Assembly: GCA_964291625.2 (NCBI GenBank) | Contig: OZ220089.1 | Location: 1,760,001-1,824,000, forward strand | Source: Candidatus Latescibacterota bacterium | Lineage (GTDB): Bacteria > Latescibacterota > UBA2968 > UBA8231 | Length of the DNA: 64,000 nt | Direction of reading: 5' to 3' | In this document: positions 12,163-21,803 of the stretch, piece by piece | How the letters are laid out: every line of letters begins with the position of its first letter | Position numbering within the stretch: the stretch's first letter is position 1 | The notes under the pieces: generated by a model | What the model was told of the DNA's origin: nothing | The model's database searches: none | What the model saw: the letters and a program-made list of their open reading frames with translations, nothing else | Position numbers and translations under genes: made by a program

Positions 12163-14460
12163 TCAGCGCAACCCCTCCATCATCTCCCGCAGGTCCTGCT
12201 TGAGGCTCTCGGCAAAGTCCTGGTGGCGGCGGTCCGTGTGCAGCCGCTTCAGGCGCTCGATGTAGGCCGCCCCCACCCGGCTGTCCCCTACCACCTGGTG
12301 GAGATGGCCGGCGACCCAGGTGGCCCCGATGTGGTCGGGGTCGACCGCCAGGATCGCCTCCGCCTGCTCCAGGGCCTCGGCGCCGCGGTGCTCGACGATG
12401 AGCTGCGCCGCCAGCATCCACCGGGCCTCCACCGCCCCCGGGCGATGCTCGATCGCCCGCAACAGGCGCGACTTGGCCTCCGCGGGGCGGTCTTCCCGGA
12501 ACATCAGTCGGGCCAGCCGCAGACTGGCCTCCACCCGGGCCGGGTCCCGCCGCAGGATCGCGTCGTATTGCTTCTCCGACTCCGCGTACCGCCCCTGCTC
12601 CTCCAGCACCATGCCGAGCTGGAGGCGGGCGTCGAGGGAATCCGGCGCCAGCTCCAGGAGGGACCGGTAGGCGGTCACGGCCTCCGCGAGCCGGCCCAGC
12701 CGGGCGTACGTCGCCGCCAGGCGGCCATTGATCTCCACGGGACCGGCGGCCATGGCGCCGCTCTCGCGGGCCTTGGACAGGCCGGGGTGGTGCAGCAGTT
12801 CCTCGTATGCTTCCAGGGCGGGCTCGTGCCGGCCGGCGCGCAGGCTGGCATCGCCCAGGGCCAGCAGGCCCTGCGGGTCCTCCGGGAAGCGCTCCACGTA
12901 GGCCTCGAACTCCCCTGCGGCGCGCTCGAACCGCCCCTGCTCGGCGTACAGGGCCCCCAGGTTGTAGCGGGCTGCCCGGATCGAGGGGTCCAGCTGCAGG
13001 GCGCGGCGGTAGTGGCGCAGGGCGTTGGCCCCCATCCCCTTCTGCTGATAGACGAACCCCAGCCTGTGCTGGGTCCCGGCGCCTCCCTCGGGGTCCATGA
13101 CCGGGGCGTCGGTGTTGCACAGGGCGCCGAAGGCGAGCAGGACCCCTGCGGGCAGCGCCGCCTGCCTCCAGCCGAGACGCACCCGCGCCGCCAGTTCCCA
13201 GGCGCCGAGGGCGGCCAGCAGCAGCAGCACGGGCACCACGGGGAGCCGGTAGCGGGAGGCCGGGAAGAAGGCGATCACCGTGCCCCCGTAGACCGCCAGG
13301 AACCACAGCAGGAGGCGCGCCTCCGGGCGCCGGAACCAACCCCCCCGCCATCCCAGCAGGACCCCCAGCAGGGCCAGGGGCATGGCCAGCCCCATGGGGA
13401 AGGCCAGCCAGTGGCTCCAGAGCAGGACCGACAGCAGCCCCGACCAGGTCCGCGCCTGGTACAGGTCGAGGTTGCGGCCGGCCTCGGCGCCGTGGAGGAA
13501 GTCCTGGGCCTTGTGAACGACGAGCCTCAGCCAGGGCCCGGGTTCGGTGACCGCGAACTCCACGGCGCGGCCGAGGAACCACCGCGACTGGTCCGACGGG
13601 GTCACGGCTCCGGCCTCCCGCCGCGGCAGGGAGACCAGCTCCACCCACTCCGGTCCGGGCTGGATCTCCACGGTGCGCTCGAAGTCGGGGTTGTTGCCTA
13701 TGAAGGCGTTGACCCCGGCGTTGGAGGAGATCAGCACGAGGTCGTGGCCGACCAGGAGGTTGCGCGCCGTCACCGGGGCGATGGCCAGGGCGGCCCCGAG
13801 AAGCAGCAAGGCCGGGGCCAGCCACGGGGACGCGTCCGCCGAGGGCCGGCGCCTGAGCCACGCGGCGGCCACGGGCGCGAAGGCCAACACGTTGGCCACG
13901 CACAGCGCCGCCGCCCCCATGGCAGCCCCGGCGAGCAGGGAGCCGCGGGCCCTCGCCCCGGGAGAAGGCGCCTCGGCGGCGCGCAGCAGCAGCAGCAGCG
14001 CCGCCAGGTCCAGGGGGACGGCGAGGACAGCCGGCAGCAGCTCCCCTCCGAACAGCACCAGGGGGCCCCAGAGGGCGGCCGCCAGGGCCGCCGCCAGCCC
14101 GAGAGCCGGCGTCAGGGTGCGGCACCCCAGCCGCCAGAGGAGAACGCAGGTCAGCGCCCCGATGAAGGCCTGGAGCACCCGGGGAGCGGTCCAGTCGACC
14201 CCGGTGAGGGCCCAGACCGCCCCCAGGAAGTATGGGTAGAGGGGAGGCTGCCAGAAGGGCGCCGGCGGCCCGAGCCAGGCGCCGGCGGCCAACTCCCGCG
14301 CCGCGTCGGCGTAGGTACGGGCGTCGACGACGGGCGCGTCGTAGAAGGGGCTGTCGCCGATCCCGCCCAGGTAGGCGAGACGGATGGCGAGGGCCAGGGT
14401 GAAGACCGCCGCCGCCCCCGGCCCGCCGCGCCAGCGGAAGCCGGTCAGGAGCGCCCGCAC
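12163..14460 (-). CDS. GT-C (PMT/ArnT-like) membrane glycosyltransferase fused to C-terminal TPR repeats
   Basis: PVVDARTY...PFWQPPLYPYFL, many TM helices, ISSNAGVNAFIGNN, RYRLPVVP, then TPR units (ARYNLGALY, ARLQLGMVL). Confidence 0.8.
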   Translation of the reverse strand: MRALLTGFRWRGGPGAAAVFTLALAIRLAYLGGIGDSPFYDAPVVDARTYADAARELAAGAWLGPPAPFWQPPLYPYFLGAVWALTGVDWTAPRVLQAFIGALTCVLLWRLGCRTLTPALGLAAALAAALWGPLVLFGGELLPAVLAVPLDLAALLLLLRAAEAPSPGARARGSLLAGAAMGAAALCVANVLAFAPVAAAWLRRRPSADASPWLAPALLLLGAALAIAPVTARNLLVGHDLVLISSNAGVNAFIGNNPDFERTVEIQPGPEWVELVSLPRREAGAVTPSDQSRWFLGRAVEFAVTEPGPWLRLVVHKAQDFLHGAEAGRNLDLYQARTWSGLLSVLLWSHWLAFPMGLAMPLALLGVLLGWRGGWFRRPEARLLLWFLAVYGGTVIAFFPASRYRLPVVPVLLLLAALGAWELAARVRLGWRQAALPAGVLLAFGALCNTDAPVMDPEGGAGTQHRLGFVYQQKGMGANALRHYRRALQLDPSIRAARYNLGALYAEQGRFERAAGEFEAYVERFPEDPQGLLALGDASLRAGRHEPALEAYEELLHHPGLSKARESGAMAAGPVEINGRLAATYARLGRLAEAVTAYRSLLELAPDSLDARLQLGMVLEEQGRYAESEKQYDAILRRDPARVEASLRLARLMFREDRPAEAKSRLLRAIEHRPGAVEARWMLAAQLIVEHRGAEALEQAEAILAVDPDHIGATWVAGHLHQVVGDSRVGAAYIERLKRLHTDRRHQDFAESLKQDLREMMEGLR

Positions 14461-14494
14461 GCCTCCTGGCCGCCGCCGTGCCGTGGGAGGGGCT

Positions 14495-17212
14495 TCAGGT
14501 GCCCAGACCCGCGTAGACGGTGATGAAGCCGGAGGTGATGGACTTGGTCCTCACCGAGGGATCCTCGAAATCCCGCAGGTCGTGCTTGAGACCGACCTGC
14601 GTGGTCAGCTCATAACCCTGGTAGGCGGAGACATTGGTCAACTGTCCGGCGACGATGAAGGACTGGAAGTCGTTCAGGTCGCTGTCCAGATCGCTGAAAC
14701 GCACATACTCGAGCCCCGCCGAAACGACGGAATGACTGAGCATGGGGAACTCGACGATGGTGCCGACGATCTCGGTGAGCTCGCGGCGCTCGCGGTTGGA
14801 GAACAGGTCGAAGGTCTGGTTGCGGAACTCGCTCTTCCAACGGGGCTCGATCTGCGCGCGGCCCAGGTCGAATCGATACTCCGCCTTGTTGATCAGGCCG
14901 ACGAAGAACTCGCTGGCTCCCAGGCCCAGGGGCTGTCGCTCCTCGGCGCTCAATCGCTGGTTCCACAGATCCCACTTGAAGCTGTTCTTCACGCGCAAGC
15001 CGGGCAGGGGCTCCACCGAGTGGGCCACGGCGATGGTGTTGGCGAAGGTGTCGCGGCCGAGGAGGGGATCGAGAACCTCCACGTTGCGGTCGTTGCGCAG
15101 GGTGTTGCGGTTGTCCCACTGCAGGATGTCGTCGGGCAGGTCATCCCGTATGCTCTTGACCATTTTGAAGATGCGCAGCCGCCCCCAGCGAGGATGGTCG
15201 GCATCGACGTTTACCAGGGCATAGGAGGTCTCGTTGCTCCGGTCGGAGGTGATCTCATCCTCCTCGAGACGCCCGGCAGCGACGCGAACCTCGGGGGTCA
15301 GGAAGAGACCGGCATAGGCGTTCCATCCGCGCCGGTTCCTCTTGTAGGGCAGATCGGGGTCGTTGTCGTTCTCGAACCGATCGACCCAGGTGTTGTTGTT
15401 GGCGTCGATGCCGTAGAGGAACTCCGGCCGGTCCACGTGCTGGCGCAGGAAGGGCTCCTCGTAGTCGGGGATCAGGTTGATGATGCGGCCGTTGTCGTTC
15501 TGGTTGAAGTCGGGGATGAAATCATTGTTCTCATCCCAGCCGGGAAAAACGGCGTAGTCCGTGGCCAGGGCGTCGTTGCGGCCCCAGTCCGGGGTCCGGT
15601 CCTGATCGTCGTTGTCCTCGATGAACTCGTAGACGAACCGCTCGATGCGCCCGGGCTGGCCGCGCTGGTAGTAGCCCGAGGTGTAGTCGATCGTGCCGTC
15701 CTGCTCCGTTACCCAGATGCTGGTGGCGTACTGCGGGTCGATCTCGAAGGCCTCGCCGTAGGCGAAGAACGGATACTCCTTCTTGTCGGCGTGGACCATC
15801 CATGCGCTGGCGGAGGGACGCTGGTCGGTCCCGGATGACGACGAGTGATCCGTGTTGCCCTGATCGTTGCTGGGGTACGGATACTTGCGGTAGACGCGAC
15901 TGTTGTCCCACTCGCCGTAGACGTTCACCCCCTTGACGTCGGTGAGCTCCACGGTGAAGCCGAAGATGCTGGTCGCCGTGGGCAGGCCGTACTCGAAGGT
16001 GATGAGGGAGAGGTTGGTGTTGTCCTTGACGTTGCCGCGGGCCTGGGCCACGAGGAGGAAGACGGGGTCGCTGGCGCTTCCCTGCTGGCGGTTGGAGGTG
16101 TACTGCACTTTGTAGTCGTTGCCGAGGACGAGCTCGAACTCGACCTTGCGAATCTGGGTCTTGTCCTGGGAGGCGGTGAGCAGGAAGTCGGGGCTCTCGA
16201 AGTCGTAGCGGAGGGTGATCTGCTCCTCCCCGTCGGCCGACACGAAGCCCTCCTGGGGGAAGCCGCCTTCCACGGTCGGCGCGAAGCCGATCTCCTTGCC
16301 CTCGTCGACGGACCCGTCGAGGTAGGTGATGATGATGTCGGAGCCGGCCGGGAAGAACGCTGCCCCCCCCTCGCCATCGCCGGGGGAATCGTCGCTCAGC
16401 AGGACCTCGATCCAGCTGATCGGCTCCGCCTTCTGATCGACGGTCAGCTCTCCGGCCAGCGGGTTGCCCTGAAAGCCGTCGATGAGGGTGTTGGACTGGT
16501 GGGCGTTGACGAAGTTGACCCCCAGGGTGGTGAAGTCCCCCACCTGCACCGTGCTGCGGCCACCCATCAGCGTGGTGTTGTTGGTGCGGTTGATGCCCTC
16601 GGCGAAGGTGTTGCTGCCGCCCGACTCGCTCACTCTCGAGTAGAGGGCGGTGGCCATGTACTTGTCGGTGGCCAGGTCGAACTGGACGCCGTCGAAATCG
16701 GGCTTGGAGAATGTCAGCGGGGTCAGGGTGGTGCGCAGGCCGTTGGCGATGGTGATGGAGTAGTGGTATTCCCCCTTGCTGTCGGAAGATACGACCACGC
16801 TGTTGAAGAAATTGCCGAAGCGGCCATCCTTGAACAACTGACTGCCGCGCTGCTCGGGCTGACGCTGCACGTTGTTGTAGATCAGCCACCCGCGGGTGAC
16901 GTAGTTGCCGAAGAAGTCGTAGAAGTAGTCTCCTTCGAGGCTTGTGCTCACGTAACGCTGGTACTCCCGGCGGGCGTAGTTGGAATACTCCCATTGCCGC
17001 CAGCGATAGTCGTTGTAGAGCTCCTGGGGGACGTACCACTTCCGCAGGGCCGGATCGAGGGCGTCAAAGATCACCCCCGGCCCACGGGGCGCGTAGTCGA
17101 CCTCCCCTCCCCGCTGAACCCCGAGCCTCGTGCCGTAGTCGATGGCCTCTACCGACACCCCGGTGAGCACCCACGCCACGGCGGCCAACCCCACTCCGAG
17201 AAACCGCTTCAT
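14495..17212 (-). CDS. Conserved hypothetical exported protein, putative outer-membrane beta-barrel with Ca-binding loops
   Basis: True start is MKRFLGVGL (17212), with RBS and signal peptide. Alternating beta-strand patterns, DxDxDxxPD motifs (DNDDQDRTPD, DENNDFIPD), C-terminus GFITVYAGLGT. Confidence 0.55.
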   Translation of the reverse strand: MKRFLGVGLAAVAWVLTGVSVEAIDYGTRLGVQRGGEVDYAPRGPGVIFDALDPALRKWYVPQELYNDYRWRQWEYSNYARREYQRYVSTSLEGDYFYDFFGNYVTRGWLIYNNVQRQPEQRGSQLFKDGRFGNFFNSVVVSSDSKGEYHYSITIANGLRTTLTPLTFSKPDFDGVQFDLATDKYMATALYSRVSESGGSNTFAEGINRTNNTTLMGGRSTVQVGDFTTLGVNFVNAHQSNTLIDGFQGNPLAGELTVDQKAEPISWIEVLLSDDSPGDGEGGAAFFPAGSDIIITYLDGSVDEGKEIGFAPTVEGGFPQEGFVSADGEEQITLRYDFESPDFLLTASQDKTQIRKVEFELVLGNDYKVQYTSNRQQGSASDPVFLLVAQARGNVKDNTNLSLITFEYGLPTATSIFGFTVELTDVKGVNVYGEWDNSRVYRKYPYPSNDQGNTDHSSSSGTDQRPSASAWMVHADKKEYPFFAYGEAFEIDPQYATSIWVTEQDGTIDYTSGYYQRGQPGRIERFVYEFIEDNDDQDRTPDWGRNDALATDYAVFPGWDENNDFIPDFNQNDNGRIINLIPDYEEPFLRQHVDRPEFLYGIDANNNTWVDRFENDNDPDLPYKRNRRGWNAYAGLFLTPEVRVAAGRLEEDEITSDRSNETSYALVNVDADHPRWGRLRIFKMVKSIRDDLPDDILQWDNRNTLRNDRNVEVLDPLLGRDTFANTIAVAHSVEPLPGLRVKNSFKWDLWNQRLSAEERQPLGLGASEFFVGLINKAEYRFDLGRAQIEPRWKSEFRNQTFDLFSNRERRELTEIVGTIVEFPMLSHSVVSAGLEYVRFSDLDSDLNDFQSFIVAGQLTNVSAYQGYELTTQVGLKHDLRDFEDPSVRTKSITSGFITVYAGLGT

Positions 17213-17241
17213 CGCTCTGCCTCCCCCGAAGGCCTCCATAG

Positions 17242-17279
17242 AAAAAGGGGGCGATGGGTCGTGCTCCCCATCGCCCCCC
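17242..17279 (-). terminator. Intrinsic terminator between the 297-aa and 905-aa genes
   Basis: Perfect 12-bp stem GGGGGCGATGGG / CCCATCGCCCCC, followed on the minus strand by TTTTT. Confidence 0.75.
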
Positions 17280-17358
17280 ATCCACTCGGGTAGATCGGTG
17301 GGATCCCGGTCGCGCCGACGTTCGCCGGACGGCGAAGAGAGGATTCCCCCGCTGCTCG

Positions 17359-18252
17359 CTACTCGACGAACTGGGACTTGATGCGGCCCCAGGAGTCGCC
17401 CTCGACAGCCGATCGCATCTGCGTACCCCAGTCGATGCTGTCGTCGGCCTCGCTCATGACCATGTCGTTGGTGGCCTGGCAGCAGGACTCGGGAGAGACC
17501 GACCAGAAGCCCTGGTAGACCGTCCCGGGCTCGTCGAAGTCGCCGAAGGTCCAGCTCATGGCGATGACCTGGCCCTCGAAGAGATCGGTCTCCTCCGCCG
17601 CCTCGCGGTCGCCGTCGTCGGGGATGAAGTCGAGGGGCTGGATCCACATCTCGTAGTAGTAGGTGCTCTCGCCGAACTCCTCACCCGTGAAGGTGTACTC
17701 CATCTTCCAGGTGTCGTCGTTGAAGGGGTCGACGCGCCACTCGAAGTCGGGCAGGTTCTGTCCCCAGTTTCCACCCACAGGGGGCATGGCGAAGTTGAAG
17801 GACTGCTTGGTGATGCCGCCGTTGCCGGCCGCGTAGGGACCGCCGGTGACGTCGTCGGGGTGGGTCGGGGCGATGTAGATCTCCCAGGCGTCGTCGGTCC
17901 AGAACTGGCCCGGATCCTCGCGGTCCGAGTTGTGGACGTTGTCGAAGACCTCGGCCATCAGGTAGAGGCGGTTGTTGTTGTCGTTCCAGCCGACGATCTG
18001 GCGGACGCTGAGGTCGGAGACGTCGATCTCGCCGCGGTTTCCGCTGCCGAAGGCGGAATCACTGTACATGTCGTTGCCGTACTCGTAGGGAATCTGGGGA
18101 ACGACTTCCCAGTCCGACAGATCCCCGTCCACGGTGGGCACGTTGGCATCGGGGAACTGCACGGCGAAGAGGAACTCACCCTCGGGTGAGTGCGCCCAGG
18201 CGCCCGATGTTGCCAGGGCGGCCAGGGTCAGGATCGAAAGCAGTCTGCGCAT
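17359..18252 (-). CDS. Secreted acidic protein, CBM9/DOMON-like, with C-terminal AVExxSWGRIK motif
   Basis: Signal peptide; PTVDGDLSDW and D.WEIYI CBM9-like motifs; ends SAVEGDSWGRIKSQFVE. Confidence 0.6.
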   Translation of the reverse strand: MRRLLSILTLAALATSGAWAHSPEGEFLFAVQFPDANVPTVDGDLSDWEVVPQIPYEYGNDMYSDSAFGSGNRGEIDVSDLSVRQIVGWNDNNNRLYLMAEVFDNVHNSDREDPGQFWTDDAWEIYIAPTHPDDVTGGPYAAGNGGITKQSFNFAMPPVGGNWGQNLPDFEWRVDPFNDDTWKMEYTFTGEEFGESTYYYEMWIQPLDFIPDDGDREAAEETDLFEGQVIAMSWTFGDFDEPGTVYQGFWSVSPESCCQATNDMVMSEADDSIDWGTQMRSAVEGDSWGRIKSQFVE

Positions 18253-18359
18253 GGTGCCTTCTCCAGGCTGGGTGTGGTGCTGCGTCGGAGGGTTGTCTGG
18301 GCCGGCCTGCAGCCGGTCGCCGGAAACGGGGGAATAGATAGGGAATCACCCCCGTCCGG

Positions 18360-20156
18360 TCAAGGAGAAAATCGGCCCTCCGGGGACCCTCCGGAGCCCC
18401 CCTTTCCGTCTCCCTTTCGGGACGGCGCGGCCAGGAGCCTGCGGGCATAGTCGTCGAAAGTGCGCACGAATTCCGGGTCCACGGTGGGGAGCACCAGGCC
18501 GGCTCGCCGGACGGCCTCCTCCACCTCGGCGCGCTGCTCCCGCGTGAGGCGGCCGTCCTGCAGGTAGAGGCGGCACCGGCCCAGCCGCAGGGACGGCCAC
18601 AGGTCTCCCCAGGCGGTGAAGGGGACCTCCCGCACCGCGGCCCGGTAGTGCTCGGCGGCCTCCGCGAACCTGCGGCCCCCGAACAGCTGGTCGGCCACGG
18701 GCAGGACCAGGGGCGGACGCCGGCCCATCTTCTCCCAGGCGCGGTAGCCTCTGCGCTCCTGCTCACCGAGTCCGGACCGGATCTCCCCCGCCTGCCGGCG
18801 CAGCCGCTCGGCGGCGTCCGGCTGCCGGAGCGGTGGCCCGGACAGGAGACGGGCCCCCGCCTCGGCCAGGGCGAGCGCTTCGATGGGCAGGTCCCCGTGG
18901 GCCTCCAGCAGGGCCGCGTCCCCGGGGGCCCTGGACTCCCAGTCGGCGGGCACGTCCCAAGGAGCCGGGGAGCCGACGAGGGCGGCGACGACCGAGCGCG
19001 CCAGCAGGGCGTGTCCCCGGGCCGTGGGATGGACGTGGTCCACCATCAGGCCCCACCCGGGCGCGGCGCCGGCGGCCGCCGCGGCCAGCCGCCCCTCGGC
19101 GTCGGCCAGAGCCACCCGGTGGCGGGCGGCGGCCTCGCGGACCGTGCGCACCAGATCCAGAGGCGCGCGCCACGGCGCCGGGTCGGCCGCCCGGGCCGCG
19201 GCGAAGACCCGCGCCGCTTCCGCCAGGCGCCCGGCGGCGGCCAGCTCGCGCCCACGGTCCGCCGCCGCCGCCGCCCGGCGGCCTCCCTCCGAGGTGGTGT
19301 CGGGCTGGAACCCGGCGTCGTTGGCGGCCGGCGCGCACACCACCAGCCGGCTCCCCGCCTTGCGGCACGCGGCGGCGATCTCCTCGAGGCTGAACCGCAG
19401 CTGCCGGACGGCCTAGTCCCGCGCCGGGTCTCCCGGCGGCACCGGCCCCGCCGAACCCATGGCCGCCAGCAGGTTCATCTCCGGCGCCGGCCCCTGCCGG
19501 ACCTGCCCGGCGAGCCAGCGCACGAGACCGGTGAGCCGCAGTCCCATCAGGCGATAGTGGAGGTGGCGGATCCAGGGGCTGGAGCCGCCCTGGCGCAGGG
19601 AGGAGACACCGTACACGCCGTAGAACTCGTTGTGGCCCGTGTAGACCACGACCAGGTCCGGCTGCAGGCTCTCGAGGGCGTCGACGACGACGCGGGCCAC
19701 GGCGAAGCTCGCCAGTGAGGTGATGCCCAGGTTCAGGACCTGCACGGGGCGCTCGAGGGCCCCGGAGAGCAGCGTCTCCAGGAGGGCCGGGGCCGCGAGA
19801 CGGGCCGGATGGGGGTACCCCTGGACCGTGGACGCGCCGGCGACGACCACGCGCAGCGCCGAATCCGGGGGCGGATCGACGAAGCGATGCGCCGCCAGGC
19901 GCACGCCCCCCAGATCGAACCCGCCCATGGAGCCGGCGAAGAACCGCCTCGGATAGAGGGGGTTGAGCTGGCGCAGGGCCCGCCCCGATCCGACCTCCTC
20001 GGCGAGGGTGAGCACCAGGGGCGGCGGGCGGAACCCCGGCACCAGATGGAGCGCGGCTTCGACGCCGGCGACGAGAACCACCCCGCCCGCCAGGGCCGGC
20101 AGCCGGACCCGCCAGCGGCTCGGTGCGTCGGGCCTGCCCTCCCCCCCGGCGGTCAA
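18360..20156 (-). pseudogene. SGNH/GDSL hydrolase-TPR protein interrupted by an in-frame TAG at 19413-19415
   Basis: ORFs 19413..20156 (GASTVQGYP, YTGHNEFYG) and 18360..19343 (DHVHPT) are in the same frame. Read-through gives ...PARD*AVRQLRFSLEEIAAACRKAGSRLVVCAPAAN. Colinear with the intact paralog at 26973-28547. Confidence 0.75.
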
Positions 20157-21778
20157 GGTCCCCCCCCGTGGGCGCCGCCGTCCTGCAGGCGATCCAGCCC
20201 TTCCGCCGCCGCGGCGTGGCCGGGGGCCAGGGAGAGGAGACCGCGGTAGTCGGCGGCGGCGGCCTCGAGGCGGCCCATCGCCTCGAAGACGCGGGCCCTC
20301 GCCAACAGGGCGTCGCGGCGGCCGGGGCTCAGGCTCAGGGCGGCGGTGAAGGCGACGGCGGCCTCCGGCAGCTGCCCCCGCCGCGCCTCCAGGAGCCCGA
20401 GGTTGACCAGGGCCCGCGGGTTCTCCGGCCGCACCACCAGGGCCTCCCGGTACAGGCCGACGGCGGACTCCAGGTCTCCCTGGCGGGCCTTCCAGTGACC
20501 CAGGTTCTCCAGGGCCCGCGCGTTTCTCGGAAACCGCTCGCTCACGGCGGCGAACAGGGTCCCGTCGTCACGCCAGTCGCGGCTCCGGTCCGCCGCGCGG
20601 AGGATCCACAGACCGGCCACGAGGGACAGTCCCGCCATGGCCGCACGACGCCGGGCGGGCCTCCCCTCCAGCAGCCGGGCCGCGGCCGATCCCGCGGCCA
20701 GGGCGACGGCCCAGCCCCCGGCGTAGACGTACCGTTCCGCCATGGCGCTCGGAGCCAGCACGAGCAGGTTCGACACCGGCAGCCAGGCCAGCAGGAAGCC
20801 GCCTGCAGCCAGGGAGGACACGCCTTGCTGGCGGTGGACGGCGAGGGCCAGGACCACCACGACCGCGAGGCCGGCGTAGAGCCACGGGTCGCGGACCCCG
20901 CTGAGGGGGATCGAGTCGAAGGAGTAGTCCGCCGACAGGCGCAGGGGGAAAGCCAGGAGCGAGGCGTAGCGCCCCAGGATCGCGATCGCAGTCGCCCAGC
21001 GGTCGGCGATCCCCGCCGCGGCCAGGAAGTTGGCGCTCGCCGGCGGCTCCCCGCCCCCGGAGACGACCAGGGTGCGCAGGACGAGGGCCGCCGCCAGGGC
21101 GGCGAGGCAGCCGGCGTGTCCGCGCGCCCAGGCGAGTCCGTGGCGCACCAGGGGGTCCCGCCCACCGGGTGCCGAACGGCAGCGGTCGAGCCACCAGGCG
21201 GCGGCGGGCAGGACGACGCCGGTCTCCTTGGCGAGGGGCGCCAGGGCGCAACAGCCGATGGTGAGCCACCTCCAGCCGCCGGCGCGCCTTCCCTCCTGCC
21301 CGGCTCGCAGGTGGGCGCCCAGCCCGAGGACCACCAGTCCGGCGGAGAGCAGGTCGGCGCGGGCCGAGATCCAGCAGACGACGGCCGACTGCAGCGGGTG
21401 CAGCCCGAAGACCAGGGCCGCCGCCAGCGCGGCGGAGGGTCCCGCGAGGGGGCGGACCAACCACCACACCAGCCAGGTCACGCCTCCATGGAGAACGACG
21501 TTGGTGAGGTGGAAGCCGGCGGCGCGCTCGCCCCAGAGGGCGTGATCGGCGGCGATGGAGACCAGGGTCAGGGGCCGGTAGAGATCGAGTCCGGCCCAGT
21601 TGCCCAGCACCAGGCCGCGCAGGTCGAAGTCCCGGACCGCCTGGCTGCCGAGGTAGGCGGAGTCGTCGAAGACGAAACCGTTCTCCAGGCTGCCGGCGTA
21701 GACGAGACAGGTCAGGACGGCGGCGCCGGCCGGTGCGGCGGCGGTTGAGAGTCCCCGGAGGCCCCGTATATTCGTCAT
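20153..21778 (-). CDS. TMTC-like protein O-mannosyltransferase-type GT-C (DUF1736-like) with TPR repeats
   Basis: NGFVFDD, YRPLT, FHLTNVVLH, FGLHPLQSAVVCWISARADLL, AKET, AERYVY, W.DD.TLF, then TPRs. Start taken at MTNIRG. Confidence 0.8.
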   Translation of the reverse strand: MTNIRGLRGLSTAAAPAGAAVLTCLVYAGSLENGFVFDDSAYLGSQAVRDFDLRGLVLGNWAGLDLYRPLTLVSIAADHALWGERAAGFHLTNVVLHGGVTWLVWWLVRPLAGPSAALAAALVFGLHPLQSAVVCWISARADLLSAGLVVLGLGAHLRAGQEGRRAGGWRWLTIGCCALAPLAKETGVVLPAAAWWLDRCRSAPGGRDPLVRHGLAWARGHAGCLAALAAALVLRTLVVSGGGEPPASANFLAAAGIADRWATAIAILGRYASLLAFPLRLSADYSFDSIPLSGVRDPWLYAGLAVVVVLALAVHRQQGVSSLAAGGFLLAWLPVSNLLVLAPSAMAERYVYAGGWAVALAAGSAAARLLEGRPARRRAAMAGLSLVAGLWILRAADRSRDWRDDGTLFAAVSERFPRNARALENLGHWKARQGDLESAVGLYREALVVRPENPRALVNLGLLEARRGQLPEAAVAFTAALSLSPGRRDALLARARVFEAMGRLEAAAADYRGLLSLAPGHAAAAEGLDRLQDGGAHGGGP

Positions 21779-21803
21779 TCCTCTTTCAGGATAGAGCCGC
21801 GGA

